From Alphaproteobacteria bacterium (GTDB lineage: Bacteria; Pseudomonadota; Alphaproteobacteria; Bin95), in NCBI GenBank assembly GCA_963665325.3, contig OZ224045.1, forward strand, positions 768,001 to 832,000: a DNA stretch of 64,000 bases. The letters are read 5' to 3'. The notes below the pieces were generated by a model. That model ran no database searches. It was not told where the DNA came from and saw only the letters and a program-made list of their open reading frames with translations. The position numbers were made by a program, and so were the translations under genes. This document shows, piece by piece, positions 10,387 through 21,830 of the stretch; the stretch's first letter is position 1, and the number at the start of each line of letters is the position of its first letter.

Positions 10387-11690
10387 CGGGCAAGGCAAGG
10401 AAGATACGCCTGACGGATGCAGGCGTCGCGAGATTGCGTCCCGGCAGCACCGAATACATCGTCAGGGACAACCGCGTTGCCGGGCTTGGCGTCCGGATTC
10501 GCCCTTCCGGGCATCGCAGTTTCGTGTGGCACGGGACCGTGAACGGCAGGGCGATGCGGACGACCGTCGGTTCGGCCGCGCTGATGACGGTGGAGGAAGC
10601 CCGGATCGAATGCCGGGCCTTGCTGGACGGCTCGCATCCACTTTGCGCCGGAGACCCTGCCGACCGGATTGCCGTTCCCCTCTTCCGGGATTTCGTAATG
10701 GAGGACTGGCTGCCGGCGCGGCGGAGCCATTGCAGCGCCGGCTGGGGCGAGCGCGTGGAACAAATGGTCCAGCGTCGGCTTCTGCCGGCCTTCGGCACGC
10801 TTCGCCTCGACCGTATCGGCAGGCCCCGGGTCGAGCGCTGGTTCGACGCCGTGAGCCGCAAGACGCCGGGCGCGGCCAACATGGCGCTCTCCCTGCTGCG
10901 CCAGATCATGAGCGCCGCGAAAGCCGCCGGCCATGTCGGCACCGACCCGGTCGCGGGCGTCAGGTCGAACCCGCGCCGGAAGATGACCCGGTTCCTGTCC
11001 GCAGAAGAGATCGGCCGGCTTCACCGGACCCTGGACCGCCTTGTGGAGGAACGGCCCTCGCGCCGGCCGCAGGCCGACATCATTCGCCTGCTTCTGCTGA
11101 CCGGCTGCCGGAAGAGCGAAATCCTGACGCTTCGATGGTCGGAGGTCGATGGCGACATGCTCAGATTGGCCACGGCCAAGACGGGGCCGCGCGCGGTATG
11201 GCTGAGCGAGGCGGCGCAGGTCGTCATCGCCCGCCAGCCGCGAACGGGAAGCACTTTCGTGTTTCCCTCGCCACGGGGCCCGGCAAGGCCGTTCTGCCAC
11301 AATCTCCCTTTCTGGCGCCGGGCAAGGCGGGAGGCGGGGATCCAGGATGTGCGCCTGCACGATTTGCGCCATACGGTAGCGAGCCAGGCAGTGGCCCGGG
11401 GCGTCCCGCTGCCGACCGTTGCCCGGATGCTTGGACATGCGCAGCCGACCATGACGCTGCGATACGCCCATGTCGGTGACCGCGAAGTCGAAGCTGCCGC
11501 AGAGCGGGTCGGGGCGATCATCGCTGAGGCTATAGCCTTTGGGTCGGTTGTGATGGGAGTGCTTCCGGACGCCGGGCTGCCGGTTGCCTGGAATGTTTCG
11601 TCTTCGCCTGCCATGGACAGCAGCCCCGGGGGTGCAGCCCACCGACGCCCGGCGCCCACGGCAGTCCCCGCATGCCGTCCTTTCCCATGA
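10383..11690 (+). CDS. Tyrosine integrase 2, paralogue of integrase 1, with a low-complexity C-terminal extension
   Basis: ATGA overlap with integrase 1; TGCRKSE, AKTG, HDLRH, LGH, RY. Confidence 0.92.
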   Translation: MTGKARKIRLTDAGVARLRPGSTEYIVRDNRVAGLGVRIRPSGHRSFVWHGTVNGRAMRTTVGSAALMTVEEARIECRALLDGSHPLCAGDPADRIAVPLFRDFVMEDWLPARRSHCSAGWGERVEQMVQRRLLPAFGTLRLDRIGRPRVERWFDAVSRKTPGAANMALSLLRQIMSAAKAAGHVGTDPVAGVRSNPRRKMTRFLSAEEIGRLHRTLDRLVEERPSRRPQADIIRLLLLTGCRKSEILTLRWSEVDGDMLRLATAKTGPRAVWLSEAAQVVIARQPRTGSTFVFPSPRGPARPFCHNLPFWRRARREAGIQDVRLHDLRHTVASQAVARGVPLPTVARMLGHAQPTMTLRYAHVGDREVEAAAERVGAIIAEAIAFGSVVMGVLPDAGLPVAWNVSSSPAMDSSPGGAAHRRPAPTAVPACRPFP

Positions 11691-11712
11691 CCGGTGCTCC
11701 GACTGCCCGCCG

Positions 11713-12981
11713 GTGCCTCTCGCGCACCCGGCGCCGCCCCCCGAGGCCGCCGGCGAGGACCGCAGCGCCGCGGCCGGGGAACTGCCCGATGTCTGGATAG
11801 AGGCCGCCGCCGGCGCGTTCAGCGCCAATACCGGGCGCGCGCTGAAGGCCGATATGCGCATCTACAGGGCATGGTGCGCCGAAGAAGGGAGAGAGGCGCT
11901 GCCGGCCGCGCCCGACACGATCGTCGCCTTCGTGGACCCGATGGCGGCGACGCGCGCGCCGGCCACGGCGCGCCGCTACGTCGCCAGCATCGCGATGGCA
12001 CACCGGGCGGCCGGCAGCCCGGAGGCGCCGCGGAGCCCGGAGGTCAAGCTCGCGCTGAAGCGCACGCACCGCGACAGGGGACGCCGCCAGGCGCAGGCGC
12101 CCGGCCTCACCTGGCCGCTCAGGCAAAGACTGGCCGAGGCAACCGGAGACCGCCCGATCGACATCCGCAACCGCGCCCTCCTGGCCGTCGCCTACGACAC
12201 CATGCTTCGCCGCTCGGAACTTGCCGCGCTCAGGGTGTGTGACCTCGAGGTCGACGGGACGACCGGCGCGGGCACCGTGCTGGTGCGCAACTCCAAGACC
12301 GACGCCGAGGGCGAAGGCGCCGTGCTCTACGTCGCGCCCGACAGCATGGCGCTGCTGGCCGAGTGGCTGGAGTGGAGCGGCATTGCCGACGGGCGGCTGT
12401 TCCGTTCGCTCTGCCGCGGGCGGTTGGGCGAGGCGCTCGACCCGAGCCAGATCCCGCGCATCTACAAGACCATGGCGAGGCAGGCCGGGATCGAGGCCGG
12501 CCTGGCCGACCGCCTCTCCGGGCACAGCACCCGCGTGGGCGCGGCGCAAGACATGGTCGCACACGATATGAAGCTGCCGGCGATCCAGCAGGCCGGGCGC
12601 TGGAAGAGCCCCGACATGGCGACCCGCTACGGCGAGCGCCTCCTGGCGTCGCGCGGCGCCGCCGCGCATCTCGCCCGCCTGCAGGGGCGGGACGGACCCG
12701 CCGCGCGACGGTCCCCGCCGGCGCCGGCATCGGCCGTGCTCCCGGTTTGCGGTCTCCCGGATCGGGGCGCGCGCCGGGGCCAGGCCCTCCGCCGCCTCCT
12801 GGGCGGCGATGGCGCCGAATCCCGTTTCCACTGCGCCGATCCCCGACCGCTCGGCCGCGATCTTCTCAGCCTCCGCCAGGAACCTCCCGATCCCGCTCCG
12901 TTGCCTCAACATGCCGATGCCGTCGCGTGGCCCGGCCGCCGGTTCGAACACGAACTGTCGATGAGGAGGCGGCCGCCATAA
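11713..12981 (+). CDS. Cre-like tyrosine recombinase (SAM-like core-binding domain); start uncertain, extended C-terminus
   Basis: SANTGRA..DMRIYRAWC, RNRALLAVAYDTMLRRSEL, SKTD, SGHSTRVG, GRW, RY. Confidence 0.88.
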   Translation: MPLAHPAPPPEAAGEDRSAAAGELPDVWIEAAAGAFSANTGRALKADMRIYRAWCAEEGREALPAAPDTIVAFVDPMAATRAPATARRYVASIAMAHRAAGSPEAPRSPEVKLALKRTHRDRGRRQAQAPGLTWPLRQRLAEATGDRPIDIRNRALLAVAYDTMLRRSELAALRVCDLEVDGTTGAGTVLVRNSKTDAEGEGAVLYVAPDSMALLAEWLEWSGIADGRLFRSLCRGRLGEALDPSQIPRIYKTMARQAGIEAGLADRLSGHSTRVGAAQDMVAHDMKLPAIQQAGRWKSPDMATRYGERLLASRGAAAHLARLQGRDGPAARRSPPAPASAVLPVCGLPDRGARRGQALRRLLGGDGAESRFHCADPRPLGRDLLSLRQEPPDPAPLPQHADAVAWPGRRFEHELSMRRRPP

Positions 12982-13383
12982 TCCGGCCAGGGCTCCGGGT
13001 CGGCTCGGCGAGACCCTCATTCGCCCCCGTCGCCGAAACTGGAGCCGTCCCGCTGGCAAATCCGTGTTTTATGTGAATCCGTCAGGATTCGCGGCAACTC
13101 TGGCCAGGGCATGAAAAGCCCAGCTTATTCAGCAAGTTATGACAGTGCATTTGCCGCCGGCCCACACCCGGTCTTCGTGCCGTAAGCGGGTGAATTTCAA
13201 CTGCTGACCACGACTGGCCCTTCATGACCCTTTCGTCGCAATTCGGAGCGCCCCCGGCTCCCTACCTGTCTCATCCTTGAGCGCCAACCAATGAGTTTAC
13301 GACCGACGCACAAGTTTGTCAGACGGGAACTGGTGCCACCGTACATTGCGGCGACGACTCGCCCATCGTTTTCTCGCGTCGCC

Positions 13384-13758
13384 CTATGTGGACCAAGCGT
13401 CGTAGACATTGCGCAATTCCTCGATCCAAAATTGCTCCTCATCCACTATTTGCCGTCCACGTGACCGGGCCAGCTGGAAGAATCCGGTTCCCGGTTTCAA
13501 ATCGCCCGTCTTGTGCACTACCACGACAGTGAGCAATCCCCGGCCGTCTTCGTCCTCTTCCGACGAGATTTGGCCAAGCATGTGAGCTAGATGAGTCCCA
13601 TTTGGCTCCAGAATGCAGCTCGTGATCTTCCGAACCAAGTCTGAGTAGGCGATCACGCTCTTGGACCGCGCAACAGCGATCATGGCCTGCCGTGCCTCTT
13701 CCTTCGCCGCGGACCATTGATCTTCTGAGAACCCGTGTTTGAAGCCCTCGCGTAGCAT
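13384..13758 (-). CDS. Hypothetical 124-aa protein next to the R-M locus
   Basis: Globular-looking sequence (IAYSDLV...LGQIS...LLTVVVV...PGTGFF); lower GC than host. Confidence 0.7.
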   Translation of the reverse strand: MLREGFKHGFSEDQWSAAKEEARQAMIAVARSKSVIAYSDLVRKITSCILEPNGTHLAHMLGQISSEEDEDGRGLLTVVVVHKTGDLKPGTGFFQLARSRGRQIVDEEQFWIEELRNVYDAWST

Positions 13759-13934
13759 TAGCCGATCCCCGTCTTACCGGGAGGTGCCGTGACCTCCGGA
13801 CACGCCATTTCCCTCTTCCCCGTCAGCGCCGCCCGTCCGCTCATTCCCGACCTCGTAGCAATCCGCATTCCCCAAAGCCCACTTTGTCCTCTCCCCGAGA
13901 TACCGCAAGCCGAGATTCGCCTCCAGCGTCCGGC

Positions 13935-14150
13935 ATTGAAGTGCTGCCATCGCGGGGCGGTCGTCGTGTCTGGTCGGCCGACTCGAAGGCGCGGATCGTA
14001 GCGGAGACGCTTGCGGCGGGGGCGACCTTGCGCGAAGATCTGACGTCCATGAGACGCAAATGACGGGCTGGCGTCGCCTGGCACGGGTTGGACGTCTTGT
14101 TCTGTCGGCGGTGCAGACGGCGGTAGAGTTCGCGCCGCTGGTGGTCGGGA
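13935..14150 (+). pseudogene. IS66-family TnpA (HTH accessory protein) remnant
   Basis: Manual translation IEVLPSRGGRRVWSADSKARIVAETLAAGAT, then after a frameshift MTGWRRLARVGRLVL..EFAPLVV. Confidence 0.65.
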
Positions 14151-14361
14151 GCCCAATCAAGCCACCACGGCCTGTCTGAGCGTTGGCCGGCTCGATACAA
14201 GGCCGGCGCGGTTTGCGGCTGCCACCCCGCCACTTGAGCTATGGGCAACACGCGGACATCATTCGTCTATCACCGAGACCGCCCCTTTGGGCGATAATGC
14301 CGGTCGGCGTCGATCACCTCGCCGACGATGCGGGCCTGAATTCGAGGGGTCAACGACAGTA

Positions 14362-16839
14362 ATGGCCATCAAGAAGTCCGACCTCTACTCCTCTCTCTGG
14401 CAGTCCTGCGACGAACTCCGCGGCGGGATGGACGCGAGCCAGTACAAGGACTACGTCCTGTTCCTGCTGTTCATCAAATACATCAGCGACAAGTACGGGG
14501 ACAGCAACGACCTCGTCCCGCCCGTAACGATCCCCACGGGCGCGAGCTTCTCGGACATGCTCGAGCTGCGCGGCAAGAGCGACATCGGCGACAAAATCAA
14601 TACGCAGGTCATCGCCCCGCTTGTGCAGGCCAACGCGCGCCTGGCGCGCAGCGATTTCCCCGACTTCAACGACCCGAACAAGCTCGGCGAAGGGGACGAG
14701 AAGGTACAGCGGCTGACAAACCTGATCAGCATCTTCGACAGACCGGAACTCGACTTCTCGCAGAACCGCGCCGAGCACGACGACATCCTGGGCGACGCCT
14801 ACGAGTACCTGATGCGCCACTTCGCTACCGAGAGCGGCAAGAGCAAGGGACAATTCTACACGCCCGCCGAGGTCAGCCGTGTCATCGCCCAGGTAATCGG
14901 GATCTCGCCAGCGAACACGAAGGCATCCACCACCGCCTATGACCCGACCTGCGGCTCGGGCTCGCTGCTCCTCAAGGTGGCCGCCCAGGCAGGCAAGCGG
15001 ATTACCCTCGAAGGGCAGGAGAAGGATGTGACCACGGCGGGTCTGGCCCGCATGAACATGATCCTCCACGACTTTCCGACGGCGAATATCGTCGCGGGCA
15101 ACACGCTGGCTGCACCCAGGTTCAAGGACGGCGAGCGCCTCCGCACCTACGACTACGTCGTTGCCAACCCGCCGTTCTCTGACAAGACCTGGACGACCGG
15201 GCTCACGCCGCCCACCGACCCGTTCCAACGCTTTACCTGGGGCGAGCCGCCAGCCAAGCAGGGCGACTACGCGTACCTGTTGCACATCGTCCGTTCGATG
15301 CAGAGCACGGGAAAGGCCGCCTGCGTGCTGCCGCACGGAGTGCTGTTCCGCGGCAATGCCGAAGCCACGATCCGCGAGCAGCTTGTCCGCTCCGGCTACC
15401 TCAAGGGGATTATTGGACTGCCCTCGAACCTCTTTTTCGGCACCGGCATCCCCGCCTGCATCATTGTACTCGACAAGGAGAATGCTGCAGGTCGCAGAGG
15501 CGTCTTCATGATCGACGCCTCCAGGGGTTTCAGGAAGGACGGTCCCAAGAACCGGCTGCGCGAACAGGACATTCACAGGATCGTCGATACGTTCATGCGG
15601 CAGGTTGAAATACCGCGCTTCGCCCGCATGGTGCCATTCGAGGAGATCGCCGACCGGAAGAACGGCTTCAACCTCAACCTGCCGCGCTACATCGACAGCA
15701 CCGAACCCGAGGATCTGCAGGACATCGACGCCCACCTGCACGGCGGCATTCCGGAACGCGACGTGGACGCGCTTGGGGCGTACTGGCAGGTGCTCCCGAA
15801 CGTGCGCAGCTTCCTTTTCGAATGCGACAGTCGCCCCGGTTACGCGCGACTGAAGCCGCCGCTCACCGAGGTGAAGCGTGCGATCTTCGAGCACCCCGAG
15901 TTCACCGGTCTTCAGGAGACGACCGCGAAGGTTTTTCGTGATTGGCGCGAGGCCACCACGCCGCGACTCACAGGCTTCGGCAAGGGTGGTCACCCGAAGG
16001 AATTGATCGAGACCATCGCGGAGGATTTGTTGGCGGCGTTCCGGCAGTCACCGTTGCTTGATGCCTACGATGTCTACCAGCGTCTGATGGACTACTGGGG
16101 TGAATCAATGCAGGACGACGCTTACCTGATCGCCGCCGACGGCTGGCTGAACGGGGCGGAGCCGCGTGAAGTCGTCCAAGTGAAAGGCAAGAATGGTAAG
16201 CTCGCTTGGCCCGAACAGCACGATTACCTGAAGGGCAAGCGGCGCTTCAAATCGGATCTCGTCCCCGCGTCGATTCTGATCGCCCGCTACTTCGTTGCCG
16301 AACGCTCTGCACTTGAAGCGCTGGACGAACGACTTATCGCGCTGGCGCAACAGCTCGACCAATTGCGCGAGGAGAATAGCGGCGAGGACGGGTTGCTGGC
16401 TGAGGTGATCGAAGGCAACGGCGACAAACAGAAGATCACCGCGAGGGCTGTAAAGGCGCGGTTGAAGGAGATCAATTCTGACTATCTTTACGCCGACGAA
16501 CGAGCAGCACTCGAGCAGTACGCAGACCTACTAAAACAGCAATCAGACGTCAACTCGAAACGCAAGGCTGCGCAATGGGATTTGGACCGAAAGATCGACG
16601 CGAAATACCCGAAGCTCACTGAGACCGAGGTCAGAACGTTGGTGGTAGATGACAAATGGATGGTCCACCTGTCAGCCTCCGTGCACAGCGAGGTCGGCCG
16701 CGTCCCTCAGACACTCTACGGCCGCATTTGCCAACTATCCGGGCGCTACGGGACGACGTTACCAGACCTCGTCGACGGTTTGGATACACTCGCCGCTCGC
16801 GTCGAAGAACACCTCAAGATGATGGGCGCCGCACGATGA
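14362..16839 (+). CDS. hsdM: Type I R-M methyltransferase subunit (m6A), long form
   Basis: CDELRGGMDASQYKDY, GQFYTP, YDPTCGSGSLL, NPPF, LPHGVLFRG. Confidence 0.96.
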   Translation: MAIKKSDLYSSLWQSCDELRGGMDASQYKDYVLFLLFIKYISDKYGDSNDLVPPVTIPTGASFSDMLELRGKSDIGDKINTQVIAPLVQANARLARSDFPDFNDPNKLGEGDEKVQRLTNLISIFDRPELDFSQNRAEHDDILGDAYEYLMRHFATESGKSKGQFYTPAEVSRVIAQVIGISPANTKASTTAYDPTCGSGSLLLKVAAQAGKRITLEGQEKDVTTAGLARMNMILHDFPTANIVAGNTLAAPRFKDGERLRTYDYVVANPPFSDKTWTTGLTPPTDPFQRFTWGEPPAKQGDYAYLLHIVRSMQSTGKAACVLPHGVLFRGNAEATIREQLVRSGYLKGIIGLPSNLFFGTGIPACIIVLDKENAAGRRGVFMIDASRGFRKDGPKNRLREQDIHRIVDTFMRQVEIPRFARMVPFEEIADRKNGFNLNLPRYIDSTEPEDLQDIDAHLHGGIPERDVDALGAYWQVLPNVRSFLFECDSRPGYARLKPPLTEVKRAIFEHPEFTGLQETTAKVFRDWREATTPRLTGFGKGGHPKELIETIAEDLLAAFRQSPLLDAYDVYQRLMDYWGESMQDDAYLIAADGWLNGAEPREVVQVKGKNGKLAWPEQHDYLKGKRRFKSDLVPASILIARYFVAERSALEALDERLIALAQQLDQLREENSGEDGLLAEVIEGNGDKQKITARAVKARLKEINSDYLYADERAALEQYADLLKQQSDVNSKRKAAQWDLDRKIDAKYPKLTETEVRTLVVDDKWMVHLSASVHSEVGRVPQTLYGRICQLSGRYGTTLPDLVDGLDTLAARVEEHLKMMGAAR

Positions 16840-18002
16840 GCGCATGGGCTACGCTGCCCCTAGGCCAAGTGGTGACGTTCCAACGTGGCTACGATCTCCC
16901 ACATCACGCTCGGAAAACCGGAGAGATACCGATCATCAGCTCGGCTGGCGTTACCGACTTCCACGACGTGGCAATGGTCGATCCTCCCGGAGTCGTCACG
17001 GGCCGATACGGCACAATTGGAGAGCTCTTCCTAATCACTGAGCCGTTCTGGCCGCTGAACACGACGCTCTACGTCCGAGACTTCCATAGTAACGACCCGG
17101 GTTTCATTTACTACCTCCTGCAGAGGTTTGACTTCGCTTCTTTCAGCGGAAAAAGCGGAGTGCCAGGAGTAAACCGCAATGATCTTCATGTTGAAACGGT
17201 GTCACTGCCTACCAATCCCTTCGAGCAACATGTCATTGCGGCGGCGTTAAGCGATGTGGACGCGCTCTTAGACCGGTTGAGTCGGGTTATCGCCAAAAAA
17301 CGGGACCTAAAGTTGGCCGCTATGCAGCAGCTCCTGACGGGCCGGACGCGCCTCCCTGGATTCGATGGCGAGTGGGTTATTCAACGGCTGGGTGATCATG
17401 TTGAATTTCTACGAAACGGTGTGAACTCACGCGCTGAGCTTCTCCCAGAAGGTACTGTAAGATATCTCCACTATGGCGATATCCATGCTTGCAATGACAC
17501 TTATCTTTCCGTCGCTTTGCTCCCGTGCTTGCCTGACACAAAAGCGGCATCGCTTGATCGCCTGCAAGACGGCGATTTGATCTTTGCCGATGCATCGGAG
17601 GATGTCGCCGGAGTTGGTAAGTCGGTGGAGGTGAAAGAAGTTTGCAGTACGGAGGTCGTGTCGGGGTTGCACACAATCGCAGCACGTTTCGACAAAGAAG
17701 TGCTCGCCGACGGTTTCAAGGGCTTTCTTCAGTTCTGTCCACTGTTCGTGGCCCAGCTTCGTCGCCTCGCCTCAGGAACCAAAGTCTATGCAACTAACCG
17801 TGCACATATAGCGGGTATCGAGATGCCCCTACCTCCGGTTGGTGAGCAAGCGGCGATCACCACCGTCCTCTGCGACATGAATGCCGAAATTGCCGCCTTG
17901 GAAGCGCGGCGCGACAAGACATACGACCTGAAGCAGGCGATGATGCAAGAGCTGCTCACCGGTAAGACACGGCTCGTCGAGCCACAGACGGCTCATGCCT
18001 GA
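16836..18002 (+). CDS. hsdS: Type I R-M specificity subunit
   Basis: Two TRDs, each followed by a conserved EQ..I...L.D.D...KK.DLK.AMMQ.LLTG.TRL helix; ATGA overlap at 16836. Confidence 0.95.
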   Translation: MSAWATLPLGQVVTFQRGYDLPHHARKTGEIPIISSAGVTDFHDVAMVDPPGVVTGRYGTIGELFLITEPFWPLNTTLYVRDFHSNDPGFIYYLLQRFDFASFSGKSGVPGVNRNDLHVETVSLPTNPFEQHVIAAALSDVDALLDRLSRVIAKKRDLKLAAMQQLLTGRTRLPGFDGEWVIQRLGDHVEFLRNGVNSRAELLPEGTVRYLHYGDIHACNDTYLSVALLPCLPDTKAASLDRLQDGDLIFADASEDVAGVGKSVEVKEVCSTEVVSGLHTIAARFDKEVLADGFKGFLQFCPLFVAQLRRLASGTKVYATNRAHIAGIEMPLPPVGEQAAITTVLCDMNAEIAALEARRDKTYDLKQAMMQELLTGKTRLVEPQTAHA

Positions 18003-21000
18003 GCAGCTGCGGCCGGAGCGCGAGACGCAGAACCGCGTCGTCGCCCTGTTCAGCGATCTGGCGCGGTCTGACAACCTCGGCTACCGCTATCTTGGCGACT
18101 GGAGCAAACGAGAAGACAACCGCGCGGTCGAAACGGCGCTCCTGCGCGACAACCTCAAGTCCCGCGGCTATTCCGACGCCTACATTTCCGCAGCCCTCCA
18201 GAAGCTGGAGGCTGCCGCCGATTCAACCGGCATTACGCTCTACCAGGCGAACCTCCGCACCTACCGGCTCTTGCGCTACGGCATACCCGTGCAGATTGCC
18301 GCTGGCCAGGCCCACGAGACCGTGCACATCGTCGACTGGGAGGACCCGGAGAAAAACGATTTCGCGCTGGCCGAAGAGGTAACGTTGACAAGCGGCTACG
18401 AACGGCGACCGGACATCGTGCTTTATCTCAACGGCCTCGCCGTCGGTGTCATCGAACTGAAACGCAGCTCTGTGGAAATCGGCGACGGCGTCCGGCAGCT
18501 CATCACGAATCAGGAAGAAATCTTCAATACGGCGTTCTTCAGCACGGCTCAACTCCTCTTCGCCGGCAACGATTCACAAGGACTCCGCTACGGCACGACG
18601 GGCACACCGGAACAGTTCTTCGTGGAATGGAAGGATGAGGCGCCGGCTGCTGCCGAGCCTACTGTGGGCGCACTGCTCGACCGGCCGCTGGCCCAGATGT
18701 GCAACAAGGCCCGGCTGCTCGATCTGATTCGGAATTTCATGATCTTCGACGCCGGGCAAAAGAAGGTGCCGCGGGCGCATCAGTTCTTCGGCGTGAAAGC
18801 CGCGCAGGCGCGTATCGCAAAGCGCGAAGGCGGCGTCATCTGGCACACCCAGGGTAGCGGGAAGAGCATCGTGATGGTGCTGCTTGCGAAGTGGATTCTT
18901 GAGCAGGACCCCGACGCTCGCGTCCTCGTCGTCACTGACCGCGACGAACTGGACAAGCAGATCGAAGGAGTAATGAGGAACGCGGGGGTGATTGGCCCGG
19001 ACGCAGCCTCTCCGCGTATCACGTCGCGGGCTGAGTTCGTCGAGAAGCTTGGAGCGACGATGCCCCGACTCCTGTGTGCGCTGATCCACAAGTTCGACGC
19101 GGCCGACCTCAGGGGCAGTCCGCCGCCGATCTCAGGGCGCTTCTACGTGTTTGTAGACGAATGCCACCGCACTCAGGGCGGCGACATGAACCGCCAGATG
19201 AAGCGCTGGCTGGAAGGGGCGGTCTTCGTCGGCTTCACCGGCACGCCGCTCCTCCGCAAGGACAGGCGGATGACGCGGGATGTCTTCGGAACCTACATCC
19301 ACACCTACAAGTTCCATGAAGGAGTGGCCGACGGCGTCATCCTCGATCTCAAATACGAGGCGCGCGACGTTCCGCAGCGTCTGACCTCGCAGGCCGCTAT
19401 CGACCGATGGTTCGAGCAGAAGACCAAGGGCCTGAACAACTTCCAGAAGGCGGTGCTGCGCCAGCGCTGGGCGACGATGGAAGAGCTGATGAGCTCTGCC
19501 GAGCGTAAGCAGAGAATCATCGCCGACATCATTGAGGACTTCAGTCTTAAACCTCGACTCAATAATGACCGTGGCACGGCGATCCTGGTTGCCGCCTCGA
19601 TCTACGATGCCTGCCACTACTACCAGCTGTTCCAGAATACGGGCTTCGGTCCGTACTGTGGGATCGTCACGTCGTACGAGCCGAACCATAACGCGATTTC
19701 CCGCGAGCCGGCTGGCAGCAACGAACGCTATAAGTTCGACACCTACACCCTGCAAGTCCTCAAGGACGGCCAGACGGCCAACCAGTACGAGGAGGAGGCC
19801 AAGCGCCGTTTCATCGAAGAGCCGGCGCAGATGAAACTGCTGATCGTCGTGGGCAAGCTGCTCACTGGCTTCGACGCTCCGAGCTGTACGTACATCTATC
19901 TCGATAATGAGCTGCGCGACCATAACTTGTTCCAGGCCATCTGCCGCACGAACCGCCTCGACGGCGACGATAAGGATTACGGCCATATCGTCGATTTCAA
20001 GGAGCTTTTCGGCGAGGTGCAGGAAGCGGTGGCGGTCTACAGCTCGGACGAGCTTGACACCGATGCGGGTAATGGCGGCGACAACAACGTTCACGTCAAG
20101 GACCGGCTGAGCGAGGGCAGAAAGAAGCTCGACGAAGCCCGCGAAAAGCTGGGCTACCTTTGCGAACCGGTCCGAATGCCCCGCGAAGTCGAACAGTACC
20201 TTCGCTATTTCTGCGGCGACGCCGCGAACCCGAATGCGCTGCACGAGACCGAGACCCTGCGGATCTCGTTCTACAAGGCCGTTGCTGTCTATGTACGAGC
20301 CTTCGCGGCCATGGCGCAGGACCTGACAGAGGCGGGATACTCGGACCCGGAGGCAACCGCCATCGGGAAAGAAGTCGAGTTTTACGGCGAGATCCGTTCA
20401 GCCATCAAAAAGCACTCCGGCGAGGAACTGGACATCAAGCCGTACGAGACGGACATGCGCCATCTGCTGAACACGTACGTCCAGGCCGACCCTTCCGAGA
20501 GTCTCGGTGAACTGAGCGAGATGTCGCTGATGGAAGCGATTGTCGAGACCGGCATCCACAACGCTATCGCACGCAAGCTCAACGAGAGGGGCAAACTCTC
20601 CAGGAATGCGATTGCGGAAGGGATCGTCAACAATGTCCGAAAGACCATTGTCCGCAACCGGCTTACCGATCCCCGCTTCTACGAGCAGATGTCGAAGCTG
20701 CTCGACGACCTCATCAAGCAGAGCCGCGAGGATGCGGCGGCCTACGAGGAATTTCTCCGAAAGGCGGAGGCGCTCGTGAAACGGCTTATGGCCAGGCAGC
20801 TTGACGACGGCGTGCCGGCCGCGCTTCACGGCAGGCGGGAGGCGACGGTGGTGTACAACAACTTGCCGGAGATTCTCGCCGCCGGTCGCGCCCAAGCGGA
20901 TGGACTCGCCGAGGCGCCGGCCGAATTTGGGGACGAGCGTCTTAGGTTGTCGCTGGAGATCGACCGCGCGATGCGCGAGCAGGCGCCAGCAGGATGGAAG

Positions 21001-21114
21001 GGAGACCACGCGCGCGAGGCGCAGGTATTGAACGCGCTGTTTCCGCTGCTCGACCGGAATCGTGAGGCCACGCTGGCATTGTTCGAACTCTTAAAGAATC
21101 AGCCGGGTTACTGA
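17995..21114 (+). CDS. hsdR: Type I R-M restriction subunit
   Basis: [19 protein letters not shown] nuclease motif, [33 protein letters not shown]. Confidence 0.96.
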   Translation: MPEQLRPERETQNRVVALFSDLARSDNLGYRYLGDWSKREDNRAVETALLRDNLKSRGYSDAYISAALQKLEAAADSTGITLYQANLRTYRLLRYGIPVQIAAGQAHETVHIVDWEDPEKNDFALAEEVTLTSGYERRPDIVLYLNGLAVGVIELKRSSVEIGDGVRQLITNQEEIFNTAFFSTAQLLFAGNDSQGLRYGTTGTPEQFFVEWKDEAPAAAEPTVGALLDRPLAQMCNKARLLDLIRNFMIFDAGQKKVPRAHQFFGVKAAQARIAKREGGVIWHTQGSGKSIVMVLLAKWILEQDPDARVLVVTDRDELDKQIEGVMRNAGVIGPDAASPRITSRAEFVEKLGATMPRLLCALIHKFDAADLRGSPPPISGRFYVFVDECHRTQGGDMNRQMKRWLEGAVFVGFTGTPLLRKDRRMTRDVFGTYIHTYKFHEGVADGVILDLKYEARDVPQRLTSQAAIDRWFEQKTKGLNNFQKAVLRQRWATMEELMSSAERKQRIIADIIEDFSLKPRLNNDRGTAILVAASIYDACHYYQLFQNTGFGPYCGIVTSYEPNHNAISREPAGSNERYKFDTYTLQVLKDGQTANQYEEEAKRRFIEEPAQMKLLIVVGKLLTGFDAPSCTYIYLDNELRDHNLFQAICRTNRLDGDDKDYGHIVDFKELFGEVQEAVAVYSSDELDTDAGNGGDNNVHVKDRLSEGRKKLDEAREKLGYLCEPVRMPREVEQYLRYFCGDAANPNALHETETLRISFYKAVAVYVRAFAAMAQDLTEAGYSDPEATAIGKEVEFYGEIRSAIKKHSGEELDIKPYETDMRHLLNTYVQADPSESLGELSEMSLMEAIVETGIHNAIARKLNERGKLSRNAIAEGIVNNVRKTIVRNRLTDPRFYEQMSKLLDDLIKQSREDAAAYEEFLRKAEALVKRLMARQLDDGVPAALHGRREATVVYNNLPEILAAGRAQADGLAEAPAEFGDERLRLSLEIDRAMREQAPAGWKGDHAREAQVLNALFPLLDRNREATLALFELLKNQPGY

Positions 21115-21830
21115 TGGAAGAGACCATCCAGCTCGGCGAGATTGCCATTGCTCTCACCCGCAAGAACGTCAAGCACGTCTACCTGTCGGTGCATCCGCCG
21201 AGCGGGCGTGTGACGCTCGTCGCCCCGAAGGGGACACGTAGTGCGGTGGCCCGCGCGTACGCGATCTCCAGACTCGGGTGGATTCGGGACGAGCGGATAA
21301 AGATGCTTGGACAGGCGCGCGAGACGGCGCGCCAATTCGTCGAGCGCGAGAGCCACTACCTATGGGGTCGGCGCTACCTCTTGACCGTCAGGGAAGAAGA
21401 GGCGAAGCCCTCCATTCGTCTAAGCCATCGCGCCATCATGCTCACAGTGCGTCCCGGCAGCGGCGAGGTCAAACGCGCAGCGGTCATGCACAAATGGCAC
21501 AAGTCGCTTCTGCATGAGGTCGTTCGGGAACTGATCCCAAGGTGGGAGCCCAAGCTGGGTGTCGAGGTGTCCGGCTACTTCCTGCAACGAATGAAGACGA
21601 AGTGGGGTAGCTGCAATCACCGCGCCCGCACCATACGGCTCAATACGGAGCTCGTGAAAAAGCCCAAGGATCTGCTCGAATACGTGGTGGTCCACGAGAT
21701 GCTGCACCTCTTGGATCCGACGCACAGCGAGCGGTTCCTCGGGCTAATGAACAAGCATTACCCCACCTGGCGAGAAGCCAGGGCTGAACTGAATGAGTTG
21801 CCGCTTACCGCAGCGTCGTGGAACGAATAG
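21114..21830 (+). CDS. M48/YgjP (DUF45) family zinc metallopeptidase
   Basis: MKTKWGSC and YVVVHEMLHL (HExxH); typical position after hsdR. Confidence 0.9.
   Translation: MEETIQLGEIAIALTRKNVKHVYLSVHPPSGRVTLVAPKGTRSAVARAYAISRLGWIRDERIKMLGQARETARQFVERESHYLWGRRYLLTVREEEAKPSIRLSHRAIMLTVRPGSGEVKRAAVMHKWHKSLLHEVVRELIPRWEPKLGVEVSGYFLQRMKTKWGSCNHRARTIRLNTELVKKPKDLLEYVVVHEMLHLLDPTHSERFLGLMNKHYPTWREARAELNELPLTAASWNE

Noticed and set aside
9259-12981. Classical RIT (recombinase-in-trio) element
   Set aside because: Two genes are arm-domain paralogues and the third is Cre-like; no long terminal inverted repeats seen around the trio
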